NCBI RefSeq assembly: GCF_030247655.1
Contig: NZ_JAOTRZ010000018.1
Coordinates: forward strand, 3,771-27,770
Reading direction: 5' to 3'
Origin: Trichlorobacter sp.
GTDB lineage: Bacteria; Desulfobacterota; Desulfuromonadia; Geobacterales; Pseudopelobacteraceae
DNA length: 24,000 bases
In this document: positions 7,507 to 15,224 of the stretch, in pieces
Position numbering within the stretch: the stretch's first letter is position 1
Layout of the letters: the number at the start of each line of letters is the position of its first letter
The notes under the pieces: generated by a model
What the model saw: the letters and a program-made list of their open reading frames with translations, nothing else
The model's database searches: none
What the model was told of the DNA's origin: nothing
Program-made: the position numbers and the translations under genes

Positions 7507-7740
7507 ATGAGCACACAGGAGCTGTTGCCGGGTAGATACCGGCACTACAAAGGTGGTGAATACGCAGTGGTCGGGATAGCCCGTCACAGCGAGACCGATG
7601 AACGGCTGGTGGTATATCGCTGCCTGTACGACAATAATTCGTTGTGGGTGCGGCCGTTGGCCATGTTTCTGGAAACCGTGTCGGTTGACGGGCGCGAACT
7701 GCAGCGCTTTGAGCTGATTAGCACGGAACTGGCTGGTTGA
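7507..7740 (+). CDS. DUF1653 family protein
   Basis: YRHYKGGEYAVVGIARHSETDERLVVYRCLYDNNSLWVRPLAMFLETV matches the DUF1653 core. ATG 7507 is preceded by AAGGGGGG. Confidence 0.8.
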   Translation: MSTQELLPGRYRHYKGGEYAVVGIARHSETDERLVVYRCLYDNNSLWVRPLAMFLETVSVDGRELQRFELISTELAG

Positions 7741-7787
7741 CGTTGACAAAAATGCCCCGGGCATGCCATACAAAGGCTGTAAACTGG

Positions 7788-7817
7788 AAACCGCTTCCAC
7801 CCGAGAGGCGGTTTTTT
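7788..7817 (+). terminator. Rho-independent terminator after the DUF1653 gene
   Basis: AAACCGCTTC-cacccga-GAGGCGGTTT is a 10-bp stem with one G-U pair, running into a T6 tract. Confidence 0.8.
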
Positions 7818-7858
7818 CTGTTTATCAGTATCCATAAGAACGGTCTTGGAGAGAACCT

Positions 7859-9121
7859 GTGGAAAATAGAAAAAGGCTTTTAACCAGAAACAAGAGAATC
7901 GCCACCGGCCTGATGATTGGTGCAGCAGTGCTGTTTGTGATTGCCCGTCTGCAGAAAGGGCATGGCATCTGGGAATGGGTTGCCGCCTTTGCCGAGGCAG
8001 CCATGGTGGGCGCACTGGCAGACTGGTTTGCGGTGGTGGCTCTGTTCCGCCATCCTCTGGGGCTGCCGATACCCCACACCGCCATCATCAAGAACAAGCA
8101 GGGGGTCATTGCAGGGAATCTGGCCAATTTTATCCGGGACAAGTTTCTGGCAAGCGATACCCTGATCGCCAAGCTACGGGCCTATAACCCGGCTGAACAT
8201 CTGGCCGGCTACCTGATGGCACAGCAGCATGCAGCTGACCTGTCCAAAGGGGGGGTCCGGCTGCTGGCGGACTCGCTGGATTTTATTGATGATGAGCGGG
8301 TACAGCAGTGGTTGCGGGCAGCCCTGAGTAACCGGATTGAACGGTTTGATCTTGCCGGTTCTGTCGGGGCGATGCTGCAGGCGTTGAGAAATGACAATCG
8401 TCATCAGGTTGTGCTGGATGACCTGCTGAACCGTTTTGCAGCCTGGCTTGCCACCGAGCAGGCCCAGGCCAGGCTGGCCGGCTCGATTGATGAGATGGTC
8501 ACCAAAGAGTATCCGATATTGAGTGTCTTTATTCCCAACCGGGAACAGTTTACCCGGGGGGCTGGTGAGAAGGTGGCTGGCAGGATCAACGACTTTATCC
8601 AGAACGTCAATGCTGATCCCGGCCATGAGCTGCGCCAGAGCTTTGATACGGTGGTGACGACTTTTATCGCCCGGCTGCAGTCTGACCCGGAACTACGCAC
8701 CAAGGTGGAGGGGATTAAGCAGGAGATTCTGCATAACCAGACCATTACTGAGTACGCACTGAGTATCGGCAATGATCTGAAGGGCTGGCTGCAGCATGAA
8801 CTGCAGCAACCTGATTCAATGTTGCAGCAGAAGATTACGGCCGCCGTTGCCGGGCTTGGTTCGACGCTCTCCAACAATCAGGGCTTGAAAGATTCACTGA
8901 ATGAGTACCTTGCAAAGCTGGTGCTGCACTACGGAGACAGGCTTCGCAATGCCGTTGCCGGGCATATTGCTGGTACGGTGCAGACCTGGGATAGCGCTGA
9001 TTACAGCAACGAGATCGAGCTTTCAATCGGTTCTGACCTGCAATTTATCAGGATGAACGGTACGCTGGTGGGTGGTGTGATCGGCCTGCTGTTGCATGCC
9101 TTGGCGTTGTTGCTGGCCTAG
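7859..9121 (+). CDS. DUF445 family membrane-associated protein (YjiN-like)
   Basis: The N-terminal region ...AEAAMVGALADWFAVVALFRHPLGLPIPHTAIIKNKQ... is the DUF445 signature. There is a C-terminal TM helix (LVGGVIGLLLHALALLLA). The GTG start has GGAGAG upstream. Confidence 0.75.
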   Translation: MENRKRLLTRNKRIATGLMIGAAVLFVIARLQKGHGIWEWVAAFAEAAMVGALADWFAVVALFRHPLGLPIPHTAIIKNKQGVIAGNLANFIRDKFLASDTLIAKLRAYNPAEHLAGYLMAQQHAADLSKGGVRLLADSLDFIDDERVQQWLRAALSNRIERFDLAGSVGAMLQALRNDNRHQVVLDDLLNRFAAWLATEQAQARLAGSIDEMVTKEYPILSVFIPNREQFTRGAGEKVAGRINDFIQNVNADPGHELRQSFDTVVTTFIARLQSDPELRTKVEGIKQEILHNQTITEYALSIGNDLKGWLQHELQQPDSMLQQKITAAVAGLGSTLSNNQGLKDSLNEYLAKLVLHYGDRLRNAVAGHIAGTVQTWDSADYSNEIELSIGSDLQFIRMNGTLVGGVIGLLLHALALLLA

Positions 9122-9136
9122 TTATAGGAGGAGCGT

Positions 9137-9658
9137 ATGAAGATCCAGAAAGTAACACCGGAGCACCGCCCCAAGGTCTATGCCCTGCTGCAGCGTGTCT
9201 TTCCCGACAGCAATTACGAAACATTGCTGGTGCAGAAGTTCCACGAAAACAGCCGCACGATCCACGAGTGGGTCTGTATCCACACCAACAAAGCCATCGC
9301 CTACATCGCCTTTTCCAACGCCTACAACGGTAAGCAGGTCTGCGGTCTGCATCTGGCCCCCATGGCAGTGGCCCCGGACTTCCAGAAGCAGGGGGTGGGA
9401 TCAGAGCTGCTCCGGTTTGCCCTGCGCCAGGACGAGATCAAAAGCCAGCCCCTGTTTGTGTTCGGTGAACCAGCCTACTTTACACGTTTTGGTTTTGAAC
9501 CGTGTAATCGGCCGGTCTGCCCCTTTGATCTGAATAATGCACATTTTCTGAGTATGCGTAACAGCAGCGCCGTTGGTTTTGAAGTGGGCTATGAGCCGGA
9601 GTTCAAGACCGCTGCCCTGCCGCCCGGTAAGCAGGGCAAAAAGCGTCGGCCACGCTGA
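9137..9658 (+). CDS. GNAT family N-acetyltransferase
   Basis: The acetyl-CoA motif is VAPDFQKQGVGSELLRFAL, followed by FGEPAYFTRFGF. A strong RBS, AGGAGG, lies upstream of the ATG. The gene starts 15 nt after the DUF445 stop, so co-transcription is likely. Confidence 0.8.
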   Translation: MKIQKVTPEHRPKVYALLQRVFPDSNYETLLVQKFHENSRTIHEWVCIHTNKAIAYIAFSNAYNGKQVCGLHLAPMAVAPDFQKQGVGSELLRFALRQDEIKSQPLFVFGEPAYFTRFGFEPCNRPVCPFDLNNAHFLSMRNSSAVGFEVGYEPEFKTAALPPGKQGKKRRPR

Positions 9659-9664
9659 GGTGTA

Positions 9665-10552
9665 TCAGGGGGCAGGATTCAAGATCTGGATATTTCTGCG
9701 GGGAACGGGGACTTCGATCTGCTGGTCACGGAACTGTTCAATCACCGCCTGATAGATCGCTGCCTGTGCAGGCACAAAGTCATCAACCTTAACCCAGGGC
9801 TTGATCGCCAGGACAACGGATGATTCATGCAGTGCAGCTATACCCACGGCAGGCACCGGCTCTGCCAAAACCATAGGATTCTGCTGTAGGATTGCATTTA
9901 GCAGCGCCAGGGCCTGGGTGATATCCGCATTGTAGCCAATGGCTGCAGTCAGGTTGAGTTGGCGGATAGTGCCGTAGTTGTGCAGGATCTCACCAACAAT
10001 TTTCCGGTTGGGCACAATCACGCGGGAATTGTCAGTATGCAGCAGGGTGGTGGAAAATAGTGAGATGTCGGTGACCTGGCCATAGACCCCAAGCAGTTCA
10101 ATATATTCACCGGTGGTAAATGGCTTTGAAAAAATAATCGTCAGCCCGGCAACAAGGTTGCCCAGCAGGCCCTGCATGGCAAGGCTGACACCGACTCCGG
10201 CCACGCCGATTCCAGCTATAAGCGGCGTGATCTGCACCCCCATTTGACCAAGTGACATGACCCCGATGAATACGATGATCAGGAGTTTGACCACCTTGAC
10301 AATCAGGTTGCTGACCGGTTCATCATAGGACTTTGACTTTAGCCAGCGATGCATGAGGTTACCGACCCAGCGGGCAATGAACAGGCCTGCGCCCATCAGG
10401 ACAATGGCGGTAAGAATCTGCATCCCGTGTTCAATAAAATAGAGTACAACCTTGTCGGTCAACTCCGGTGAGGTAACGGCTGCGGCTTTTTTTGCAAGAG
10501 TAGTATCGGTCATGTAAACAAGCGTACCATGGGATGGGGGAGTGCGCAACAT
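9665..10552 (-). CDS. Small-conductance mechanosensitive channel (MscS family)
   Basis: Three N-terminal TM helices are followed by PFTTGEYIELLGVYGQVTDISLFSTTLLHTDNSRVIVPNRKIV (MscS beta-domain signature). An alternative start is ATG 10513 (MTDTT...). Neither start has a clear RBS. Confidence 0.8.
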   Translation of the reverse strand: MLRTPPSHGTLVYMTDTTLAKKAAAVTSPELTDKVVLYFIEHGMQILTAIVLMGAGLFIARWVGNLMHRWLKSKSYDEPVSNLIVKVVKLLIIVFIGVMSLGQMGVQITPLIAGIGVAGVGVSLAMQGLLGNLVAGLTIIFSKPFTTGEYIELLGVYGQVTDISLFSTTLLHTDNSRVIVPNRKIVGEILHNYGTIRQLNLTAAIGYNADITQALALLNAILQQNPMVLAEPVPAVGIAALHESSVVLAIKPWVKVDDFVPAQAAIYQAVIEQFRDQQIEVPVPRRNIQILNPAP

Positions 10553-10679
10553 TGCGGCAGCAAAAAATTGATGAGTCGTTTAGTGCCGTATCAACAGCGT
10601 TCAGAAGCTTGACTGACAACGGTTTTGGCCTGATAAGAATATACATGGTTGCACGCATCATACGACTGGAGTGTTGAAT

Positions 10680-10895
10680 ATGGAACTGGATCTGCGTCTG
10701 TTGAAAAACCTGCTGAGCAAGCGGGGCGATGAAATTGAAGCTGCTGTTGAAGGCACCGGCTATCTGGCCAAAACGGTGATCGGGGTGGCTACCTTTTTGT
10801 TGGATAACGAGGGGAATCTTGAACTGCTGTCTGCCAGGCAACGGGCCACCTATGACAAATTTCTGAAGCCTCTGCTGGATAAGGCGGTCTGCTGA
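10680..10895 (+). CDS. Hypothetical small protein (71 aa)
   Basis: The ORF has GGAG ~10 nt upstream of ATG 10680. I recognise no family. Coding status rests on ORF length and the RBS only. Confidence 0.4.
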   Translation: MELDLRLLKNLLSKRGDEIEAAVEGTGYLAKTVIGVATFLLDNEGNLELLSARQRATYDKFLKPLLDKAVC

Positions 10896-10999
10896 TCATG
10901 CAGGAATAAATCATGCCCCTGACCCTGAAGAGTGGTATACTTGTCTCTCGTTCGGATGTAGCTGGGCCAAGCATAGCCAACCAGACAGGAGGGACCGTT

Positions 11000-11104
11000 A
11001 TGAGTAAAGGCGTGGATAGCAAGAAAGAAACCAAGAAGGCACCGGCCAAGACTCCTAAAGAGAAAAAGGCTGAAAAGAAGATCAAAAAAGCTGACAAGAA
11101 ATAA
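11000..11104 (+). CDS. 34-aa lysine-rich small protein (MSKGVDSKKETKKAPAKTPKEKKAEKKIKKADKK)
   Basis: AGGAGG lies 7 nt upstream of ATG 11000. A perfect terminator follows 30 nt after the stop. The first 29 codons of the track's ORF (from 10913) have no RBS and are probably not translated. Confidence 0.55.
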   Translation: MSKGVDSKKETKKAPAKTPKEKKAEKKIKKADKK

Positions 11105-11134
11105 TCTGAACCGCTCTGTTTTGAGCGATGCCTG

Positions 11135-11167
11135 AAAAGACCACAGGGGGTGCCTCTGTGGTCTTTT
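11135..11167 (+). terminator. Rho-independent terminator after the Lys-rich small ORF
   Basis: AAAAGACCACAG-ggggtgcct-CTGTGGTCTTTT is a perfect 12-bp stem plus a T-run. Confidence 0.85.
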
Positions 11168-11191
11168 GGCGCAGAATGAGAGATACAGACA

Positions 11192-12589
11192 ATGAGTGCT
11201 AGCGCATTTTCATCACTACATCTGAAACCAGCCATGCTGAAGAATCTGGCTTCATTGGGCTATGCCGCGATGACGCCGATTCAGGCCCACAGCCTGCCGC
11301 CGATTCTGGCTGGCAAAGACGTGATTGCCAAGGCCAAGACCGGCAGCGGCAAGACCGCCGCCTTCGGGATCGGTCTGTTAACCCAGCTTGATGCCGCTGT
11401 GCTACGGTTGCAGGCGCTGGTGCTCTGCCCCACCCGTGAGCTGGCTGATCAGGTGGCTAAAGAACTGCGACGTCTGGCCCGCTTTACGGAGAATATTCGG
11501 GTGTTGACCGTTTGCGGTGGAGTACCATTTGGCCCGCAACTAGGCTCTCTGGAGCATGGTGCCCACGTGGTGGTGGGCACTCCCGGACGTCTGCTGGATC
11601 ACCTGCGGCGGGGCAGCCTTGATCTGTCTAGTCTGCAGACCCTGGTGCTGGATGAGGCGGACCGGATGCTGGATATGGGTTTTCAGGATGACATCCGCAG
11701 CCTGATTGCCGCTGCCCCGGTCAGGCGTCAGACCCTGCTGTTTTCTGCCACCTACCCGGATACGATTGCCGAGATGAGTGCGGCGATTCAGCACGGACCG
11801 GTTGAGGTCAGTGTGGATGAGGACCACGAAGCAGGGGCGATTGAGCAGATTTTTTACGAGGTAGAGCCGGATCAACGCAGTGAGGCGGTGGCCCGTATCC
11901 TTGCGCAGTATCGCCCGGAATCCAGCCTGGTCTTCTGCAATACCAAGCTGGACTGCCAGGAGCTGGTTGATGGGTTGAAAGAGCGCGGCTTTGCTGCATT
12001 GACGATTCATGGCGATCTGGAACAGCGGGAGCGGGATCAGGTGCTGGTCCGTTTTTCCAACAAGAGTGCCTCAGTGCTGGTGGCAACCGATGTTGCTGCC
12101 CGGGGCCTTGATATCAAGGATCTGGCCGCCGTAATCAACTTTGAGCTGTCCCGTAACCCGGAGGTGCATACCCACCGCATTGGCCGGACCGGCCGGGCAG
12201 GTGAACAGGGGCTGGCCATCAGTCTGGTCTCCCGGCGGGATAGCCGCCTGATCAAGGGGATGGAAGAGAACATGGACTGCAGGATTACCCTGCAGGAACT
12301 TTCTTCGCTGGCGCCGGTATTTGGCAGGCCGCCTGCACCTGCCATGGTTACGCTCTGTATTGATGGTGGCCGCAAAAACAAGCTGCGGCCCGGAGATATT
12401 CTGGGCGCCCTGACCGGCGAAGGCGGGATTGCCGGCAGTGAGGTGGGCCGGATTGATCTGTTTGATTTTCACAGCTATGTGGCTGTCGTGCGCCAGAGTG
12501 TTGATCAGGCCCTGGGCTGTCTGTCCGGTAACCGGATCAAGGGGCGTTTCTTCAAGGTGCGCAGAATCGGCTCAGGAGGCCGGCCATGA
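11192..12589 (+). CDS. dbpA: ATP-dependent 23S-rRNA-specific DEAD-box RNA helicase DbpA
   Basis: Q-motif TPIQ, motif I AKTGSGKT, motif II DEAD (VLDEADRMLD), SAT, and HRIGRTGRAG are all present. The C-terminal DbpA RNA-binding domain (LCIDGGRKNKLRPGDILGALTGEGGI...YVAVVRQ...IKGRFFKVRRI) is collinear with E. coli DbpA. Confidence 0.9.
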   Translation: MSASAFSSLHLKPAMLKNLASLGYAAMTPIQAHSLPPILAGKDVIAKAKTGSGKTAAFGIGLLTQLDAAVLRLQALVLCPTRELADQVAKELRRLARFTENIRVLTVCGGVPFGPQLGSLEHGAHVVVGTPGRLLDHLRRGSLDLSSLQTLVLDEADRMLDMGFQDDIRSLIAAAPVRRQTLLFSATYPDTIAEMSAAIQHGPVEVSVDEDHEAGAIEQIFYEVEPDQRSEAVARILAQYRPESSLVFCNTKLDCQELVDGLKERGFAALTIHGDLEQRERDQVLVRFSNKSASVLVATDVAARGLDIKDLAAVINFELSRNPEVHTHRIGRTGRAGEQGLAISLVSRRDSRLIKGMEENMDCRITLQELSSLAPVFGRPPAPAMVTLCIDGGRKNKLRPGDILGALTGEGGIAGSEVGRIDLFDFHSYVAVVRQSVDQALGCLSGNRIKGRFFKVRRIGSGGRP

Positions 12590-13572
12590 CATCACTTAAA
12601 CACCCTTTTCAGCAGCTTACCCCTGATTTTGTCATGGATGCCGTGGAGAGTCAGGGCTTCCGCTGCGATTGTCGCAATCTGACCCTGAACAGCTATGAAA
12701 ACCGGGTCTATCAAGTGGGGATTGAGGACAGCAGGCCGCTGATTGCCAAGTTCTATCGTCCCAATCGTTGGACCGATCAGCAGATTATTGAGGAACATGA
12801 TCTAAGCCTTGAGCTGGCCGGGCATGAACTGCCGGTGGTGGCCCCTTGGCGTAATGCCGCTGGCGAAAGCCTGTTTCTGTATCACCATTTCAAGTTTGCC
12901 CTCTATCCGCAGCAGGGCGGCCATGCCCCGGAGTTTGATAATCTGGATAATCTGCTGATCCTGGGCAGAATGCTGGGTAGAATGCACCGGATCGGCGCAG
13001 TCAGGCCGTTTCAGCAGCGGCCGGTGCTGGACAGTGCCAGCTTTGGCCATGCCAGCGTTGCCCTGATCAGCGAACAGTTTATCCCGCCCGAGTATCGTGA
13101 AAGCTACACGATTTTAACCGGTCAGTTGCTGCAGAAGATTGAACAGGCGTTGTCGGATGCCGGGCAGGTTCGCTTCATAAGGGTGCATGGTGACTGCCAC
13201 AGCGGCAACATCCTCTGGCGTGACAATGCCCCCCATTTTGTGGATTTTGATGACAGCCGGATGGCACCGGCAGTGCAGGATATCTGGATGATGCTGTCCG
13301 GTGACCGCCCTCGCAAGCTGGTGCAGCTTGATGCGCTGCTGGAGGGCTACCAGGAATTCAATAGCTTTGATCCGGCTGAATTGCGGTTGATCGAGCCGCT
13401 ACGCACCCTGCGGATGCTGCACTACAGCGCCTGGCTGGCCAGCCGCTGGGATGACCCGGCCTTTCCGATCGCCTTCCCCTGGTTTAACAGTATGCACTAC
13501 TGGGGCGAGCATATCCTTGAGCTGCGCGAACAGTTGGCAGCCCTGGATGAACCACCGTTGGAACTTTTGTAA
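12586..13572 (+). CDS. srkA: Stress-response Ser/Thr kinase SrkA (YihE/RdoA family)
   Basis: LNSYENRVYQV...KFYRPNRWT..., HGDCHSGNILWRD...FVDFDDSRMAPAVQDIWMML, and ...IEPLRTLRMLHYSAWLASRWDDPAFPIAFPWF are collinear with E. coli YihE. The ATG overlaps the dbpA stop (ATGA). AGGAGG lies upstream. Confidence 0.88.
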   Translation: MTSLKHPFQQLTPDFVMDAVESQGFRCDCRNLTLNSYENRVYQVGIEDSRPLIAKFYRPNRWTDQQIIEEHDLSLELAGHELPVVAPWRNAAGESLFLYHHFKFALYPQQGGHAPEFDNLDNLLILGRMLGRMHRIGAVRPFQQRPVLDSASFGHASVALISEQFIPPEYRESYTILTGQLLQKIEQALSDAGQVRFIRVHGDCHSGNILWRDNAPHFVDFDDSRMAPAVQDIWMMLSGDRPRKLVQLDALLEGYQEFNSFDPAELRLIEPLRTLRMLHYSAWLASRWDDPAFPIAFPWFNSMHYWGEHILELREQLAALDEPPLELL

Positions 13573-13602
13573 TGGCTGGATTGATGACAGGAGGTACTGT
13601 CT

Positions 13603-14364
13603 ATGAAGCCTGCTTTCAGTAAGAAGATGGGGCGCTGGTTCCTTACCGACCGGGTCAGGGATCTGGTGGATTGGTGGGGTACCCCTCAATCACAGGGTGA
13701 AGAACCGCCGCCGGTGCAGAAACCGGTTGCTGATGGAGCGGAGCTGATCAGTCTGCCGGAACGTGCTGATTGGAATATTCCTTCCTATGATCTGGTTGAG
13801 GCGATTGCCAGCAGGGAAAGCCAGCGCCGTTTCAGTGATATTCCGCTGACACAGGATGAACTGGCCTTTCTGCTCTGGAGTACTCAGGGGGTACGTAAGA
13901 AATTGCACGAGGCGGCAGTGCTGCGAACGGTCCCCTCTGCTGGATGTCGCCACCCCTTTGAGACCTATCTGGTGGTGCTGCGGGTGGAGGGGCTCTTGCC
14001 TGGTCTTTATCGTTATCTGCCTCTTGATCACGCCCTGGTCCTTGAATCTGCGTCTGGTGACCTGGCGCAACGAGTAACCGCTGCAACGCGAGGACAACGT
14101 TTTGCCGGGCAGGCTGCCGTAACCTTTGTCTGGAGTGCGATTCCGGCCCGTACTGAGTGGCGTTATGCCGAGGCATCGACAAAGGTGATTGCGCTGGATG
14201 CCGGGCATGTCTGCCAGAACCTCTATTTGGCCTGTGGCGCAATCGGTTGCGGTACCTGTGCCATTGCCGCCTATGATCAGGACCTGGCTGATGAGTTGAT
14301 CGGCGCGGATGGCGATAACGAGCTGGTGGTCTATCTTTCGCCGGTTGGTAAACGTAGTAAATAA
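13603..14364 (+). CDS. SagB-type dehydrogenase / nitroreductase-superfamily FMN protein (orphan)
   Basis: Contains SRESQRRF, VPSAGCRHPFETYLVV, LYRYLP..HAL and ALDAGHVCQNLYLA, which are SagB/ThcOx-type motifs. The RBS AGGAGG lies 7 nt upstream. Confidence 0.75.
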   Translation: MKPAFSKKMGRWFLTDRVRDLVDWWGTPQSQGEEPPPVQKPVADGAELISLPERADWNIPSYDLVEAIASRESQRRFSDIPLTQDELAFLLWSTQGVRKKLHEAAVLRTVPSAGCRHPFETYLVVLRVEGLLPGLYRYLPLDHALVLESASGDLAQRVTAATRGQRFAGQAAVTFVWSAIPARTEWRYAEASTKVIALDAGHVCQNLYLACGAIGCGTCAIAAYDQDLADELIGADGDNELVVYLSPVGKRSK

Positions 14365-14391
14365 CCTTGTCTGATGGAATAATTTGACTCT

Positions 14392-14874
14392 ATGACCAAA
14401 ACAGAACTGCTTGCGATCATCATCAGTACCCTTGAGGCTGATCTGAAATTGTTTTTTACTGCTGCAAAGGCGGCCCATGAGGCAGCCACCCATGAAGAGT
14501 GCGCCCCGGACAACAAGTATGATACCACGGCGTTGGAGGCATCCTATATTGCCCAGGGCCAGGCCAACCGTGCCCAGGAGATCCGGGTTGCACTGGAGGC
14601 GTATCGTAATCTTGTGCTGCAGAATTTTGATGACGAGAGTCCGATCCGCTTGTCTGCATTGGTGATCCTGGAGGATGAAGAGGGAAATCAGCGCAGACTG
14701 TTCCTTGGTCCCTATGGCGGTGGGATGAAGATTCCTGCTGCCGCTGGTGAGATAGTGGTAATTACTCCCGGTTCTCCACTGGGACGCAGTCTGTTGGGTA
14801 AGCAGGTTGGTGATGAACTGCAGACTGAGGATCATGCACTGACTACGGCCTTTACGGTAGTGCAGGTTGTGTAA
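14392..14874 (+). CDS. GreA/GreB-family protein (Gre C-terminal FKBP-like domain with a non-canonical helical N-terminus)
   Basis: The C-terminal sequence ...VITPGSPLGRSLLGKQVGDEL... resembles GreA SPxGxALLGKxVGD. The N-terminal ~75 aa are helical (…PDNKYDTTALEASYIAQGQANRAQEI…). The RBS is weak. Confidence 0.65.
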   Translation: MTKTELLAIIISTLEADLKLFFTAAKAAHEAATHEECAPDNKYDTTALEASYIAQGQANRAQEIRVALEAYRNLVLQNFDDESPIRLSALVILEDEEGNQRRLFLGPYGGGMKIPAAAGEIVVITPGSPLGRSLLGKQVGDELQTEDHALTTAFTVVQVV

Positions 14875-15147
14875 CGGATCTGTTTCCGTAGGGTGGCGTT
14901 CGGATGGCAGTGTCGTCTGCTGAGTAGATAAGTAACTCTTGTGTGTAAAACGGCGCGGTGACGGCTAGTCAAGCCGACCCGCAGCTCTCGCCCTAGTCAG
15001 CTGGATTATATTGGATTTTCTGGCCTGCTGCTTTTGTAGTCAATTGTTCTGTCAGGTGTTGGTGGTTATGTGGTGCCAGTTAAAATGGATTAAAAAACAG
15101 CATGTTGTGCGTATAATGGCTCTGTTTGTGGCATTGTTGTCTGTGGT

Positions 15148-15163
15148 TGGCCCGTTATTTGCT
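15148..15163 (+). promoter_or_regulatory. Candidate sigma-54 (-24/-12) promoter for gltBD
   Basis: TGGCCCGTTATTTGCT compared with the consensus TGGCACG-N4-TTGCW shows correct GG/GC spacing and one mismatch (A to C). The -12 GC lies ~63 nt upstream of the gltB ATG. Confidence 0.45.
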
Positions 15164-15224
15164 GTTAAATAAGTCCGTTTTGCTGGTGGTTGGCACAAAC
15201 TTATATCTTCACAAGGGTTGCACT

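Noticed and set aside
10913-10999. Longer 63-aa version of the Lys-rich ORF
   Set aside because: The upstream ATG at 10913 has no RBS and encodes a compositionally unrelated segment. The AGGAGG sits directly in front of the internal ATG at 11000.
13603-14364. SagB-type dehydrogenase as a marker of a thiazole/oxazole-modified peptide (TOMM) biosynthetic cluster
   Set aside because: Within at least 9 kb on either side there is no YcaO or cyclodehydratase, no docking protein, no short Cys/Ser/Thr-rich precursor ORF and no transporter. The neighbours are dbpA, srkA, a Gre-like gene and gltB.
13690-14835. 381-aa ORF on the minus strand, the longest unexplained ORF in the track
   Set aside because: It lies entirely antisense to two plus-strand genes with strong family signatures and RBSs (the SagB-type dehydrogenase and the GreA-like gene). 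Its translation is low-complexity and rich in Arg, Gln, Leu and Thr, with no recognisable motif and no RBS. This is a typical shadow ORF of GC-rich coding DNA.
15191-15206. Second TGGCAC box (TGGCACAAACTTATAT) upstream of gltB as the sigma-54 promoter
   Set aside because: The -24 element is perfect, but the -12 position reads TATA instead of TTGC, so the near-invariant GC is missing. The upstream box at 15148-15163 is the better candidate.
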